From NCBI RefSeq assembly GCF_049587115.1, contig NZ_JBAVDI010000010.1, positions 3,136-67,135 of the forward strand: DNA of 64,000 nucleotides, written 5' to 3'. Below, in pieces: positions 29,460 to 43,297 of this stretch (its first letter is position 1; each line of letters opens with the position of its first letter). The stretch is from Aeromicrobium sp. (GTDB lineage: Bacteria > Actinomycetota > Actinomycetes > Propionibacteriales > Nocardioidaceae). Both the position numbers and the translations under genes were made by a program. A model generated the notes under the pieces. The model did not search any database. It was not told the DNA's origin and saw nothing but the letters and a program-made list of their open reading frames with translations.

Positions 29460-30584
29460 CTACTGAACGCCTCGCTCGATGTCGTCCAGCGAGAGGTCCG
29501 ACAACATCCCGGCCGGATTCGCCGTGCGCCGCACCAGTACCGGCTGGACATCGTCACTCTCGCGCGCCAATGCGTACTGCGTGCCCGCCAGCGCGAACCG
29601 CAGCGCCCGCGACAGGGTGCTCACCCGTGCGTCTGAGGGGCTGAGCTGCGGGGCCGCGGCCTTGATAGCCATCGCGAGGATCGGCAGCGTTCCGCCAGCA
29701 TTCGCCAGCTTGTCCGAGAAGCTGCGAACCTTCGGGTCCGACAGAACCTGCTTGACGATGTTCTTGTAGTCCTCCGGAGACTTCGCCGGGCCCGCATGCA
29801 CGACCGAGATCTCCTTGGCCATCTCGTGCCAGTTGGCCTTTCCGCTCGGCTTCTTCGCGGCCGCCTGCTGCTTCGTCGGCTTCGGCTCTTGCTTCTTCGG
29901 CTCCTGCTTCTTCGTCGGCTTCGGCTCCTGCTTCTTCGCGGGCGGCCGATGCGTGTCCCCCCCCTGCGAACCCGGCTCGGGCTGCTGCTTGGCGGCCTTC
30001 TTCGCTGCCTTCTTGGCGACCGGCTTGCTCGCGGGGGACGTCGTGGACGCGGACTCGGCAGAGAAGACCGGCTGCAGCCCCGCGGCGGGCGGGGTCGGTT
30101 TGGTCTTGAGCGCGACGTACTGGTCGACCTCCTGCTCCAGCACCGAGTTCACCGGATGGTCAGCCAGCGTCGCGCCGATGACGTACTTGTCCAGCTCGTG
30201 AAGCCGGCGGACGAGCGGGACGAAGTCCCCATCGGCCGACACGATGATGAAGACCTCGAGGTGCTCCAGGTCGGCCGCAGCCCGCAGGCAGTCCACGACC
30301 AGCACGATGTCAGCGGCGTTCTTGTCGGCCTTCCCGACCGAGAAGACCTGGATCGGCTCGACGCCGCTGCGCTCGACGTCCCGGCGGTAGTCATCGATGC
30401 CGAGAGCACCCCAGTCGGCGTACGCGCGAGCCAGCGCGATGCTGCCGGCGCCGGCCTCGCGGGATGCCGCCTTCTCGAGCTGATCGAGGATGTCGTCCAT
30501 CGACACGTCGGGGATCTCGAGCTTGCCGTAGCCCTTGAACAGGTTCTCCGCGTCGATGAAGACGGCAACGTTGCGATTGGTCAC
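29460..30584 (-). CDS. NYN-domain (PIN-like) protein with Lys/Pro/Gln-rich linker
   Basis: FIDAEN, AYADW, KNAADI, SADGDFVPL motifs. Confidence 0.9.
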   Translation of the reverse strand: MTNRNVAVFIDAENLFKGYGKLEIPDVSMDDILDQLEKAASREAGAGSIALARAYADWGALGIDDYRRDVERSGVEPIQVFSVGKADKNAADIVLVVDCLRAAADLEHLEVFIIVSADGDFVPLVRRLHELDKYVIGATLADHPVNSVLEQEVDQYVALKTKPTPPAAGLQPVFSAESASTTSPASKPVAKKAAKKAAKQQPEPGSQGGDTHRPPAKKQEPKPTKKQEPKKQEPKPTKQQAAAKKPSGKANWHEMAKEISVVHAGPAKSPEDYKNIVKQVLSDPKVRSFSDKLANAGGTLPILAMAIKAAAPQLSPSDARVSTLSRALRFALAGTQYALARESDDVQPVLVRRTANPAGMLSDLSLDDIERGVQ

Positions 30585-30652
30585 GTCACGAGGCTAACGG
30601 TGGTCGCACCGGTCGGTGACCGCACCACGCCTCGGAGTGCAACCGTCCGGCT

Positions 30653-32230
<1,578 letters not shown>

Positions 32231-32270
32231 TCAGACGGCTCCTGACCCGTACCGCAGGTATGATCACACG

Positions 32271-32876
32271 ATGAACCGCAAGCCCGGACGTCCCCGAGGA
32301 CTCACCGTCGAGGCCATCGCGCAAGCCGCACTCGACGACGGGATCGGCACCTTCAGCATGCCGTCAGTCGCCCGACGGCTCGGCGTGGCGCACTCCGGGC
32401 TCTATCGCTACGTCGAGGATCGCGACGACCTGCTCGTGCAGGCACTCGACGTGGCGGCCGACCGCGAGTCGTGGCCTGAGCCCGACCTGCCGTGGGAAGA
32501 GCTGCTCAGCGAGATCTCCGAGACGGTGTGGCGCATGTGCGAACGCTATCCGGGGCTTGACCGAGCCTTCCAGCAGATTCCTCGACCTGCACCGAGCGTC
32601 TTGGCCCGGATGGAGAAGTACATCGAGTCACTTCAGGATCAGCGCTTCCTCTCCGAGGACGCTGCGGTCGCGGTCGAGTTCGCCATCACACTGGTGTTCG
32701 ACTGCTCAGCGCACATGCGCAACTACGCCGCGATGCAGGCAGCGCATCCTGATCGCAAGGGCCTCCTCGTCCTCAAGGCCTACGACATCGACGAGGTGTG
32801 GGTCGGTCGCGGCTTCTACTTTCGCAAGCGCGACATCTTCATGGCCGGTCTGCGTACCCGTCGCGTCGACTCGTAG
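32271..32876 (+). CDS. TetR/AcrR family transcriptional regulator
   Basis: FSMPSVARRLGVAHSGLYRY; TATGAT -10 element 6 nt before ATG 32271. Confidence 0.9.
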   Translation: MNRKPGRPRGLTVEAIAQAALDDGIGTFSMPSVARRLGVAHSGLYRYVEDRDDLLVQALDVAADRESWPEPDLPWEELLSEISETVWRMCERYPGLDRAFQQIPRPAPSVLARMEKYIESLQDQRFLSEDAAVAVEFAITLVFDCSAHMRNYAAMQAAHPDRKGLLVLKAYDIDEVWVGRGFYFRKRDIFMAGLRTRRVDS

Positions 32877-32908
32877 CCCCGGATGCCTGTCGCCGTCGCA
32901 CGTTCACC

Positions 32909-34333
32909 TCATGTCGCCGACGCCGGGCGTCCACCGGTGTAGCTGAACTCGATCTCACGGTCCTGCGGATCCAGCGTGCTGAGCACCACGCTGACCTGTG
33001 CCCCCTCGACCAGTCCAGCCCCGATGCACCGCGCGATGACCGGCGGCTCGACCAGCATGACCTCGCCACCGGTTTCGTCGGCGTGCACCACGACACCCTC
33101 GAAGGCCTCCCCGATACGGCCCGTGAGCATCCACACCTCGGCCAGGTCGATGCACGCACGATCGGCCCCGGCAGCGCGCTGGTCCGACGTGCGCATGATG
33201 TCCGGCAAGGTGGGCAACGCATCGCGCACCCACTCCGGGACCTTGCTCCCAGTGCACAGCGCGAGGCACACCTCGGTGCCGAATCGGTCGGCCAGCCGGC
33301 GCAGTGGGGCCGTGACGTGTGCGTACGGTCCGCCGATCCCGGCGTGGTCGGCCTGCTCGGGCTCCGAGCCGTCGAACGATTCGTAGCCAGCGCCACGAAG
33401 CAGTCGGGTCGCCTCGGTCATCAATGCGATCGCGGCCGGCTGGTCCGGATCGAGGCCTGCGATGACCTGCGCCGGAGTCGCCCCGTCTGGCACCTGCACG
33501 CCCAGCGCCCTCGCGGTGCGCAGGAACTCCACGCCGACCCGGTGATCTGCGCGCGGCAGTGTCCGCAGCAGGCCGATTCGGGCCTCGATCATGAGCTGTG
33601 CGGCGGCCATCCCGGTCAGCAGCGAGATCTCCGCGTTCCATGCGTCGACGGCAGTCCGGATTCGCATTCGCACCCGCCAGTTGTCGCCAACGTGCACCAC
33701 CTCCTGCTCTGGAAGTGCGAGCTCGATCGCCCCACGCTCGACTCGGACCTGCAGGCGCAGCCTGCCGAGATCCGCCAGCGGTTCGATCGACGGATGCGGA
33801 GTGCCGGCATCGAAAGCGGCCTGGACACCCTCATAGTCCAGCTGCGCGACCGAGCGCACGACCGCGCGACGCACGGAGGCGGGACCGGCGACCCCGTCCG
33901 ACCCCACCTCGATGGTCCAGACTGCGGCCGCACGATCCTGACCCGCCAGCAGGCTCAGCTCTCCCTCGGACAGCAGCGGCGGGTGCAGTGGGACGCGCCC
34001 GTCCGGCAGATAGATCGTCTGACCGCGGCGTCGCGCCTCGGTGTCGACGGCCCCACCGGCCGGGATGGCCGACCCCAGATCGGCGATGGCGTAATGGACC
34101 CTGAAGCCGTCGCCCACACGTTCGAGGAAGACTGCCTGGTCCAGATCCTTCGAGCCGGGCGGATCGATCGTCACGAAGGGGACCTCGGTCGCATCCTCGC
34201 GGTCGTCGCGGGGGGCCGCAGCGATCGTCGCCGCCTCAGCCAGGACATCGGGCGGGAAGCTGTCTGTCGACGTCGCGGAAGGGAGCTCGAGCTCCGCCCG
34301 CACTCCGTCGAAGTCGTGCGGGATTGCGGTCAT
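32909..34333 (-). CDS. RNB-domain ribonuclease (RNase II/R family)
   Basis: TIDPPGSKDLDQA, VHYAIAD, YAHVTAPLRRLADR. Confidence 0.9.
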   Translation of the reverse strand: MTAIPHDFDGVRAELELPSATSTDSFPPDVLAEAATIAAAPRDDREDATEVPFVTIDPPGSKDLDQAVFLERVGDGFRVHYAIADLGSAIPAGGAVDTEARRRGQTIYLPDGRVPLHPPLLSEGELSLLAGQDRAAAVWTIEVGSDGVAGPASVRRAVVRSVAQLDYEGVQAAFDAGTPHPSIEPLADLGRLRLQVRVERGAIELALPEQEVVHVGDNWRVRMRIRTAVDAWNAEISLLTGMAAAQLMIEARIGLLRTLPRADHRVGVEFLRTARALGVQVPDGATPAQVIAGLDPDQPAAIALMTEATRLLRGAGYESFDGSEPEQADHAGIGGPYAHVTAPLRRLADRFGTEVCLALCTGSKVPEWVRDALPTLPDIMRTSDQRAAGADRACIDLAEVWMLTGRIGEAFEGVVVHADETGGEVMLVEPPVIARCIGAGLVEGAQVSVVLSTLDPQDREIEFSYTGGRPASAT

Positions 34334-34361
34334 CGCACGAATGTATCGGGGAAAGCGAGAA

Positions 34362-34385
34362 CGGGCCGCCCGATGGGGCGGCCCG
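34362..34385 (-). terminator. Intrinsic terminator after groEL
   Basis: CGGGCCGCCC-gatg-GGGCGGCCCG followed on the minus strand by TTCTCGCTTT. Confidence 0.75.
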
Positions 34386-34402
34386 CTCTCAGGTGGTGCT
34401 GA

Positions 34403-36085
<1,683 letters not shown>

Positions 36086-36090
36086 TCAGA

Positions 36091-36384
36091 TCACGAAACG
36101 ACAGCGAGGACGTCGCGAGCGGACAGGATGAGGTACTCCTGGCCGTCGTACTTGACCTCGGTGCCGCCGTACTTGCTGAAGATGACCTTGTCGCCGACGG
36201 CGACATCCAGCGGAACGCGGTTGCCGTTGTCGTCGACCCGACCGGGTCCGACGGCAATGACATTGCCTTCCTGCGGCTTCTCCTTGGCGGTGTCCGGGAT
36301 GACCAGACCTGATGCAGTGGTCTGCTCGGCTTCGACGGCCTGGATTACCAGACGGTCCTCGAGCGGCTTGATGGTGACCGACAC
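36091..36384 (-). CDS. groES: Co-chaperonin GroES
   Basis: [43 protein letters not shown] before GTG 36384. Confidence 0.98.
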   Translation of the reverse strand: MSVTIKPLEDRLVIQAVEAEQTTASGLVIPDTAKEKPQEGNVIAVGPGRVDDNGNRVPLDVAVGDKVIFSKYGGTEVKYDGQEYLILSARDVLAVVS

Positions 36385-36462
36385 GTGTCGACCTCCCCTT
36401 TCAGGCGGTGGAACAGTGGATGCTGGTGGGCGCGCCGTCGCGGGGGTCGCACTCACCGATGC

Positions 36463-36489
36463 TTGGCACTCTCATAGTGAGAGTGCCAA
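36463..36489. promoter_or_regulatory. CIRCE element 1 (HrcA operator)
   Basis: TTGGCACTC-N9-GAGTGCCAA. Confidence 0.92.
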
Positions 36490-36508
36490 TACGAAATCTA
36501 GCACGCCG

Positions 36509-36535
36509 CTGGCACTCGACCCAAGGGACTGCTAA
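36509..36535. promoter_or_regulatory. CIRCE element 2 (HrcA operator)
   Basis: CTGGCACTC-N9-GACTGCTAA. Confidence 0.85.
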
Positions 36536-36639
36536 CCGGACCCCTCTCGAGCTCGTGTGGATCTCGCCGCTCGCGCCGAACGGTTCCCCGCGACCCTCCT
36601 GGTGGTGGTCGGGTCGACCGGCACGGCACACTTCACTCC

Positions 36640-37794
36640 ATGGATCTTGAGACATTCGAGCAGCTGCTGACCCCCGCGGGTCAGCTGCTGCTCGCGGAGA
36701 TCGCCGAGCGGGCCGGAGTCGAATCGGATCTGGCGCTCGGGACCCGACTCCGCAAGACCTATGTACCGGGCCTGGTGGCAGCCGCGGTCACCCAGAACCA
36801 CCTGCGGGGCAAGGCAGTGGCGAAGTTCGGGGACGACGCCGCCCGGATGTACTTCACCCACGACGCCCTCGAGCAATCGACCCGCAGGTCCGTCGCCGAC
36901 CACCGCGCCGCGCGGCTCGGGACCCACGGTGCGACCGCCGTCGTCGACCTCGGGTGCGGCATCGGGGGCGACCTCGCCGCGCTGGCCCGGGCTGGCTTGC
37001 GGGCACGCGGCGTCGAGCTGGACCCCGTACGAGCGGCCATCGCCACGGCGAACCTGGGCGCGCTCGAGCTGGATGGCGAGGTCATCTGCGGCGACGTGCG
37101 AGAGGCGGCGATCAGACCCGACGAGGTCGCGTTCGTCGACCCCGCGCGCCGGGACGGCCGCGGGCGCACCTTCTCGACCGCGGAGCTGCAGCCACCATGG
37201 GACTGGGTGCGCCATCTGCTGGCCGGACGGGCCGTCGCCAAGCTCATGCCGGGTCTGGCTCACGATGTCGTCCCACACGGCGTCGAAGCCGAGTGGGTCA
37301 GCGATCGCGGCAGTCTGGTCGAGGCATGCCTCTGGGGCGCGCCGTTCGCGTCCGCAACCCGACGAGCCACCGTGCTGCCCTCCGGCGCTGAGCTCGTCGC
37401 GACCGGTGAGCCGGCCGCGGTCGCCGACGTCGGCCCGTATCTCTACGAGCCGGACGACGCGGTCATCCGCGCCGGGCTCGTGAGCGAGCTGGCGGCGAAG
37501 CTCGGCGGCTGGCTGCCCGATCCTCACATCGCGTACATCGCGTCAGACGGCGTCCACCCGACGCCGCTGGCGCGTGGCTTCCGGATCGTCGATGAGCTGC
37601 CCTTTCGGGAGAAGCCCCTGAAGGCGGCACTCCAGGTCCGACGAATCGGGACCCTGACCATCAAGAAGCGCGGCGTCGACATCGTTCCCGAAGAGGTCAT
37701 CCGCAGGCTCAAGCTCAAGGGGCCCAACACCGCGACGGTCGTCATGACTCGGGTCTTGGGCGAGGGCCGCGCATTTCTGGTCGACCGACTCTGA
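36640..37794 (+). CDS. Class I SAM-dependent methyltransferase with THUMP-like C-terminus
   Basis: ALEQST, DLGCGIGGD, DPARR, YEPDDAVIRAGL, KKRGVD; usual position divergent from groES. Confidence 0.88.
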   Translation: MDLETFEQLLTPAGQLLLAEIAERAGVESDLALGTRLRKTYVPGLVAAAVTQNHLRGKAVAKFGDDAARMYFTHDALEQSTRRSVADHRAARLGTHGATAVVDLGCGIGGDLAALARAGLRARGVELDPVRAAIATANLGALELDGEVICGDVREAAIRPDEVAFVDPARRDGRGRTFSTAELQPPWDWVRHLLAGRAVAKLMPGLAHDVVPHGVEAEWVSDRGSLVEACLWGAPFASATRRATVLPSGAELVATGEPAAVADVGPYLYEPDDAVIRAGLVSELAAKLGGWLPDPHIAYIASDGVHPTPLARGFRIVDELPFREKPLKAALQVRRIGTLTIKKRGVDIVPEEVIRRLKLKGPNTATVVMTRVLGEGRAFLVDRL

Positions 37795-37833
37795 ACCACC
37801 GGGTGGCATGAACTGCGGCGCTACCCTCGGGAC

Positions 37834-38550
37834 ATGCGGATCGACCTCAACGCCGACCTCGGAGAGTCCTGGGCGCGCTGGGAGTCCGGGCACGATGTCG
37901 CGCTGCTCGACATCGTGACGAGCGCAAACGTCTGCTGTGGGGCGTATGCGGGTGATCCTGATCTGATGCGGGCGACGTGCGAGGCCGCCGTACGACGCGG
38001 CGTCGCCATCGGTGCACAGGTCGGCTATGCCGATCGCGAAGCCTTTGGCCGCCGGGACGTCGACCTGCCGGATGACGTGCTGACCAACGAGGTGCGCGAC
38101 CAGATCAATCTGCTCGACCACATCGTCCGATCGGTCGGCGGCCGATTGACCTACGTCAAGCCGCACGGCGCGCTCTACAACACGATCGTCCATGACGAGG
38201 TGCAGGCCCGAGCAGTCGTCGACGCCATGATCTCGCTCACCGAGCAGCTGCCTCTGCTCGGCCTGCCGGGTTCGGTCTCCCTGGCGATTGCCGAGGCCGC
38301 TGGCATCCGGGGCATCCGCGAAGGGTTCGCCGACCGCGCCTACACGTCCCAGGGGCGCCTCGTCCCACGCAGCGAGCCCGGCGCAGTGCTCGATGACCCG
38401 GATCTCGTCGCAGCCCAGGCCATTCGACTGATGGGCAGCGTCGAGTCGGTGTGCGTTCACAGCGACAGCCCCGGCGCCCTGGTCCTGGCCCGAGCCGCCC
38501 GGACGGGTCTCGAGGCGGCCGGCGCGCAGCTGGCGAGCGTCGAACCGTGA
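37834..38550 (+). CDS. pxpA: 5-oxoprolinase subunit A (LamB/YcsF)
   Basis: [37 protein letters not shown]. Confidence 0.9.
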   Translation: MRIDLNADLGESWARWESGHDVALLDIVTSANVCCGAYAGDPDLMRATCEAAVRRGVAIGAQVGYADREAFGRRDVDLPDDVLTNEVRDQINLLDHIVRSVGGRLTYVKPHGALYNTIVHDEVQARAVVDAMISLTEQLPLLGLPGSVSLAIAEAAGIRGIREGFADRAYTSQGRLVPRSEPGAVLDDPDLVAAQAIRLMGSVESVCVHSDSPGALVLARAARTGLEAAGAQLASVEP

Positions 38551-39128
38551 ACATCAGACCGTGCGGAGACACCGCCCTCCTGCTGGACTGCGGGTCGCTG
38601 GCGGAGGCGCAGATCTGGTTCGAGGCACTGCGGAACGAGGCCGACGTGGTGCTCGGAGCGCGCAGCGTCCTGCTCCGCGGCAGACCAGCCGATCTCCGGG
38701 CGCTGGTCGCACGTACCTCGCTGTCCGAACCGTCTGGCCCGGGAGTGGTGGAGCAGGTCGAGATCGACGTCGTCTACGACGGCCCGGACCTCGACGAGGT
38801 GGCTCGACTCACCGGGCTGACGTCGCGGGAGGTGATCGCAGCACACACCGGCTCCTCGTGGAGGGTGGCGTTCGGAGGATTCGCCCCGGGATTCTCCTAC
38901 CTGGTCGACGGTGACTGCCGCCTGCAGGTGCCGCGACGAGCCTCGCCCCGGATCTCGGTCCCGGCGGGATCTGTCGGCCTGGCCGGCGAGTTCAGTGGGA
39001 TCTATCCCCGCGAGTCGCCCGGCGGGTGGCAGCTGCTCGGCCGCACGGCCACCACGATGTGGGACTCCGGACGTGAGCCGCCGGCGCTGCTCCACCCCGG
39101 AATGGCCGTACGGTTCGTGGCTTCATGA
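38547..39128 (+). CDS. pxpB: 5-oxoprolinase subunit B (allophanate hydrolase subunit 1-like)
   Basis: [39 protein letters not shown] overlap. Confidence 0.9.
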   Translation: MNIRPCGDTALLLDCGSLAEAQIWFEALRNEADVVLGARSVLLRGRPADLRALVARTSLSEPSGPGVVEQVEIDVVYDGPDLDEVARLTGLTSREVIAAHTGSSWRVAFGGFAPGFSYLVDGDCRLQVPRRASPRISVPAGSVGLAGEFSGIYPRESPGGWQLLGRTATTMWDSGREPPALLHPGMAVRFVAS

Positions 39129-39973
39129 CACTTCTTGTCGAGCTGCCCGGGCCGCTGAGCCTGGTCCAGGACCTGGGTCGGCCAGGGCTGGGCCATCTCG
39201 GCGTCAGCCCGTCTGGATCCTTCGACCGCCGTGCGGCCCGGCAGGCCAACGCGATCCTCGCCAATCCGGTCGGCCGTCCCCTCATCGAGTCCCTGGGCGG
39301 GCTCGTGCTGCGCGCGGAGTCCGCTCACGCCGTCGCGGTGACCGGCGCCTCCAGCGACATCGCGGTGGATGGACGTACTGCGCCTTACGGGCGGGCTGTC
39401 CTGCTGCGACCCGGACAGGTCCTGCGGCTCGGCATCCCCACGACAGGCATGCGCACGTACGTCGGCGTCGCCGGGGGGCTCAACCCGGGTTCTGAGCTCG
39501 GCTCAGCGTCCACGGACACGCTGTCGGGGCTCGGCCCCGCTCCCCTTCGATCCGGCGAACGTCTCGCGGTTGGGCCGTCCTCGGCGATACCCGATCTGGA
39601 GGACGTCCCACCGCTCGGGAGCAGCGGGGACGCCACCCTCGACGTGATGTTGGGTCCGCGCGACGACTGGTTCACACCTGAGGCCGTCCGACTGCTGCTG
39701 CAGCACTCGTGGCAGGTCAGCCCGGACTCCAGCCGCATCGGCGTCCGCCTCGTCGGTGCCACTCTCGAACGATCACGGCACGACGAGCTGCCCAGCGAGC
39801 CGTGTGTCCGCGGAAGCATCCAGATCGCGTCCGACGGTCAGCCCATCGTCCTGGGCCCCGATCATCCTGTGACGGGCGGTTATCCAGTCATGGCCGTCGT
39901 GGCCGACACGCACGGCGACCGGCTCGCCCAGGTCCGACCGGGCCAGGTCGTGCGATTCCGTCGAACCTTCTAG
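39125..39973 (+). CDS. pxpC: 5-oxoprolinase subunit C
   Basis: [31 protein letters not shown]. Confidence 0.9.
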   Translation: MTLLVELPGPLSLVQDLGRPGLGHLGVSPSGSFDRRAARQANAILANPVGRPLIESLGGLVLRAESAHAVAVTGASSDIAVDGRTAPYGRAVLLRPGQVLRLGIPTTGMRTYVGVAGGLNPGSELGSASTDTLSGLGPAPLRSGERLAVGPSSAIPDLEDVPPLGSSGDATLDVMLGPRDDWFTPEAVRLLLQHSWQVSPDSSRIGVRLVGATLERSRHDELPSEPCVRGSIQIASDGQPIVLGPDHPVTGGYPVMAVVADTHGDRLAQVRPGQVVRFRRTF

Positions 39974-41634
39974 CAGCGGGTCGTGGCCGGGAGCCCGACC
40001 TCGACGGGCAGCCGACCGAGAGCGCGCTGCCGCCCGAGCAGGATCTTGACGAGGGCCCGCATCGCGGGCACGTCGGCTCCGTACAGAGCAACCTTCGTGG
40101 GCGCTGCGCTGCTCGCCAGCCCATACGGGGTGTCGGTCGACACCACGATGTCGGCGCTGGCCGACCGGTAGCCCGGGCCCAGGAAAGCGATCGACGTCCC
40201 AGCACCCAGTGGCAGACCCAGCTCCTGCGCGGCCGTCCGGAAGGCGGCCACGGCCGACGCCTGGCCGGTCGGGACGATCGCCGTCACCGCCGGCACGGGG
40301 CACGGGTGGGCGACCACGGTTGCCGCCAGGGCGCTGAGCGCCTCGGACTCCTCGGTATGGCTCCCTGGGGTGCCGGGCAGCGTCTGGAGCTGCTGCACGT
40401 GCAACAGGTGGGCGATCACCCGGGCCGCAGACTTGCGGGCCTGCTGCTCCGGAAGCTCGCCGGACTTGAGCGCTTTCAGGACAGCGGCATGGGCCTGTTC
40501 GTTGTCGGCAGGCATCAGGGCCAGGTCACTGCCAGCCTTGAGCGCCGCGACGGTGGCATCGCCTCCGGGGTGGCGGGACATCACTGCGCCCATCCCCAGC
40601 GAGTCGCTGATCACGATGCCGTCGTAGCCGAGGTCGTCTCGCAGTCCCTTCGTCACAGCCTTGTAGGACAGTGAAGCCGGAACCCCCCGCTCGATCAACG
40701 GCACATCGAGGTGACCCGTCATGATTCCGGGCGCTGCAGCGCTGATCGCCGCCACGAACGGGACGAGATCGTGATTGCGCAGGCGACTTCGGTCGCTGTC
40801 GAGGACCGGCAGTCCACGGTGGCTGTCGGTCGCGACGTTGTGGCCCGGGAAGTGCTTCACCGCCGAGATGAGACCTGCGTCGGAGTACCCGTCGATCGCC
40901 GCGACGACGGCGCGCGCCACGATGTCGGGATCGGACCCGGCCGAGCGACTACCGATGATCGGGTCGGCCGGACCGATCGTGATGTCACCGCTCGGCGCGA
41001 AGACCATGTTGTAGCCCGCTGCTCGCAGCTCGGCACCGGAAGCGCGTGCTGCCGCGGTGACGGCCAGCTCACCGTCGCGGCCGTGGCCAGTGATCGCCGC
41101 ACCGGCCGACATGAAGGTCGGGAAGGTGGTCAACGGATCGGTCAACCGGGCCACGAGGCCGCCCTCCTGATCGATCGGCACCATGACGGGATAACCGCGC
41201 CCCTCACCTGCGTCCTGGAGCTCTTGGTTGAACGCCTTGACCTGGTCGAGCGGATCGTTCGTCGTGACGTCGAGGATCTGCTGGCCCGTGACCATGACCC
41301 CTGCAAAGTGCTTGTCCCGCACGAGGGCGAGAGACGACTCGTGGGAGAAGCTTCTCGCCACGATGAGCTGACCGGCGAGCTCGTCCAGACTCAGTTCTGC
41401 TGCCAGCGACGCACCGCTGGCCCGCTCGGCATCGGTCGGCACCCAGCCGACCGGTTCGGGAGCGGGCTCGGCTGTCGGCGCAGTGGTCGTCGGGGACACC
41501 ACCGCTGGGGTGGTGCGCTCGTCGCCGGGGCCCGCAATCTCAGCCGCCCAGCCCGCGCCGCCGAGGACCAGCATGAGCGCAAGGGTCATCCTGACGGCGG
41601 CACGCTGACGCCCGCCGTCAGTTGGGTGCGCCAT
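39970..41634 (-). CDS. Membrane-anchored GH3 glycoside hydrolase (beta-N-acetylhexosaminidase, NagZ-like)
   Basis: DQEGG, KHFPGH...DSH, SDSLGM; N-terminal hydrophobic helix. Confidence 0.88.
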   Translation of the reverse strand: MAHPTDGGRQRAAVRMTLALMLVLGGAGWAAEIAGPGDERTTPAVVSPTTTAPTAEPAPEPVGWVPTDAERASGASLAAELSLDELAGQLIVARSFSHESSLALVRDKHFAGVMVTGQQILDVTTNDPLDQVKAFNQELQDAGEGRGYPVMVPIDQEGGLVARLTDPLTTFPTFMSAGAAITGHGRDGELAVTAAARASGAELRAAGYNMVFAPSGDITIGPADPIIGSRSAGSDPDIVARAVVAAIDGYSDAGLISAVKHFPGHNVATDSHRGLPVLDSDRSRLRNHDLVPFVAAISAAAPGIMTGHLDVPLIERGVPASLSYKAVTKGLRDDLGYDGIVISDSLGMGAVMSRHPGGDATVAALKAGSDLALMPADNEQAHAAVLKALKSGELPEQQARKSAARVIAHLLHVQQLQTLPGTPGSHTEESEALSALAATVVAHPCPVPAVTAIVPTGQASAVAAFRTAAQELGLPLGAGTSIAFLGPGYRSASADIVVSTDTPYGLASSAAPTKVALYGADVPAMRALVKILLGRQRALGRLPVEVGLPATTRC

Positions 41635-41637
41635 CCG

Positions 41638-42681
41638 CTACGCCGCCACGACCTGGATCACCGGCATGCTCGAGTCGACCGGCAGGTCCAGCGACGACGG
41701 CGCTACTCCACGGCGCACGACCTCGGCCCCTAGCGCAGCGACCATCGCACCGTTGTCGGTGCACAAGCCCATGCGCGGCACGCGGACCTGGATGCCGGCC
41801 TTGGCTGCGCGTTCCTCGGCCAGGTGCCGGAGTCGGCCATTGGCTGCCACCCCACCGCCGATGATCAGTGTCTCGACGTCATGGTCGAGGCACGCCGCGA
41901 TTGCCTTGCTCGTCAGCACGTCACACACCGAGTCCTGGAACGATGCCGCGATGTCGGCGACCGCGAATCTGCGCCCCATCCGGTCCTCGTGCTGAACGTG
42001 CCGGGCCACGGCGCTCTTGAGTCCGGAGAACGAGAAGTCGTAACGATGCTTGTCCAGGTCCCGCCCCGTCAGGCCTCGGGGGAAGGCGATCGTGGTCGGA
42101 TCGCCCTCGCGGGCCACTCGATCGATGTGCGGACCACCGGGATAGGGCAGGCCGAGCAGCCGGGCAACCTTGTCGAATGCCTCCCCTGCCGCGTCGTCGA
42201 TCGTCTGGCCCAGGAGCGTGATGTCGGTGACGATGTCGTCGACCAGCAGGATCTCGGTGTGCCCGCCGCTGACCAGCAGCGCCACGACGCGCTCGTCGAA
42301 GCGGCCGTGATCGAGCTGATCGACCGCGACGTGCGCCGCGAGGTGGTTGACGCCGTAGAGCGGCTTGTCGTGGGCCAGTGCGAGGGCCTTGGCTGCGGCG
42401 ACCCCCACCAGCAGCGCACCGGTCAGCCCGGGGCCGCTGGTGACTGCGATGGCGTCGACATCCTGCACTCGAACGCCACATTCGGCGTACGCCTGCTCCA
42501 GTGTCGGAACCATCGCCTCGAGGTGGGCGCGGCTCGCTACCTCAGGCACGACCCCACCGAAGCGGACGTGCTGCTCCATGCTCGAGCTGAGGGCGTGCGC
42601 CAGAAGTTCAGTGCCGCGCACGATGCCGACGCCGGTCTCGTCGCACGACGACTCGATGCCCATCACCAGGGGTTCGCTCAC
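41638..42681 (-). CDS. tsaD: t6A threonylcarbamoyltransferase
   Basis: [47 protein letters not shown]. Confidence 0.97.
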   Translation of the reverse strand: MSEPLVMGIESSCDETGVGIVRGTELLAHALSSSMEQHVRFGGVVPEVASRAHLEAMVPTLEQAYAECGVRVQDVDAIAVTSGPGLTGALLVGVAAAKALALAHDKPLYGVNHLAAHVAVDQLDHGRFDERVVALLVSGGHTEILLVDDIVTDITLLGQTIDDAAGEAFDKVARLLGLPYPGGPHIDRVAREGDPTTIAFPRGLTGRDLDKHRYDFSFSGLKSAVARHVQHEDRMGRRFAVADIAASFQDSVCDVLTSKAIAACLDHDVETLIIGGGVAANGRLRHLAEERAAKAGIQVRVPRMGLCTDNGAMVAALGAEVVRRGVAPSSLDLPVDSSMPVIQVVAA

Positions 42682-42744
42682 CAGATCATTGTGGCAGGGT
42701 CGCGCAATGGTTCCGGCGGCCGACCAGCGTGGCAGAGTGAATGC

Positions 42745-43245
42745 ATGGTTCGTACCGACACGCCTGCCGCCGGCGATGAGCGTTCAGTCCAGATGCAGCT
42801 CCTGGAGTACGTCCAGCAGACCGCGCTGTTCAAGGTCCGCGGTCTCAGCCAGGAGCTCGCGCGAAAGGCGCCGGTGGCGACCTCTCCGTTGACGAACCCC
42901 GCCTCGCTCCTGCACCATCTGCGCTGGAACGAGCATTACTGGGTCGAGGTCATCACCATGGGGCGCGAGGACCGCGCGCCGTGGAGCGACGAGAACCCCG
43001 ACGGCGAGCTCGAGCAGGGGCTCACGCTGCCGATCGAGGAGATCATCGACGGGTACAGCAACCAGGTCCAGCTGACCCGCAGGCTCCTGGCCGAGCTGTC
43101 GTTCGACGCCGAGACCGAGCAGGCGCTCGCGGACTTCCATCCCACGGTCCGCTGGGTCGTCGGACACCTGATCGAGGAGACCGCCCGCCACAATGGTCAC
43201 CTCGACCTGCTGCGCGAGATGGCCGACGGAGCGGTCGGCGACTGA
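42745..43245 (+). CDS. DinB/DUF664 family protein
   Basis: [12 protein letters not shown] and [21 protein letters not shown] 42745. Confidence 0.88.
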   Translation: MVRTDTPAAGDERSVQMQLLEYVQQTALFKVRGLSQELARKAPVATSPLTNPASLLHHLRWNEHYWVEVITMGREDRAPWSDENPDGELEQGLTLPIEEIIDGYSNQVQLTRRLLAELSFDAETEQALADFHPTVRWVVGHLIEETARHNGHLDLLREMADGAVGD

Positions 43246-43297
43246 GGCAGCGACTTCCGGCGCCGCGGCCGGTATCAATTCCGGGCGGCGTCCGCCA

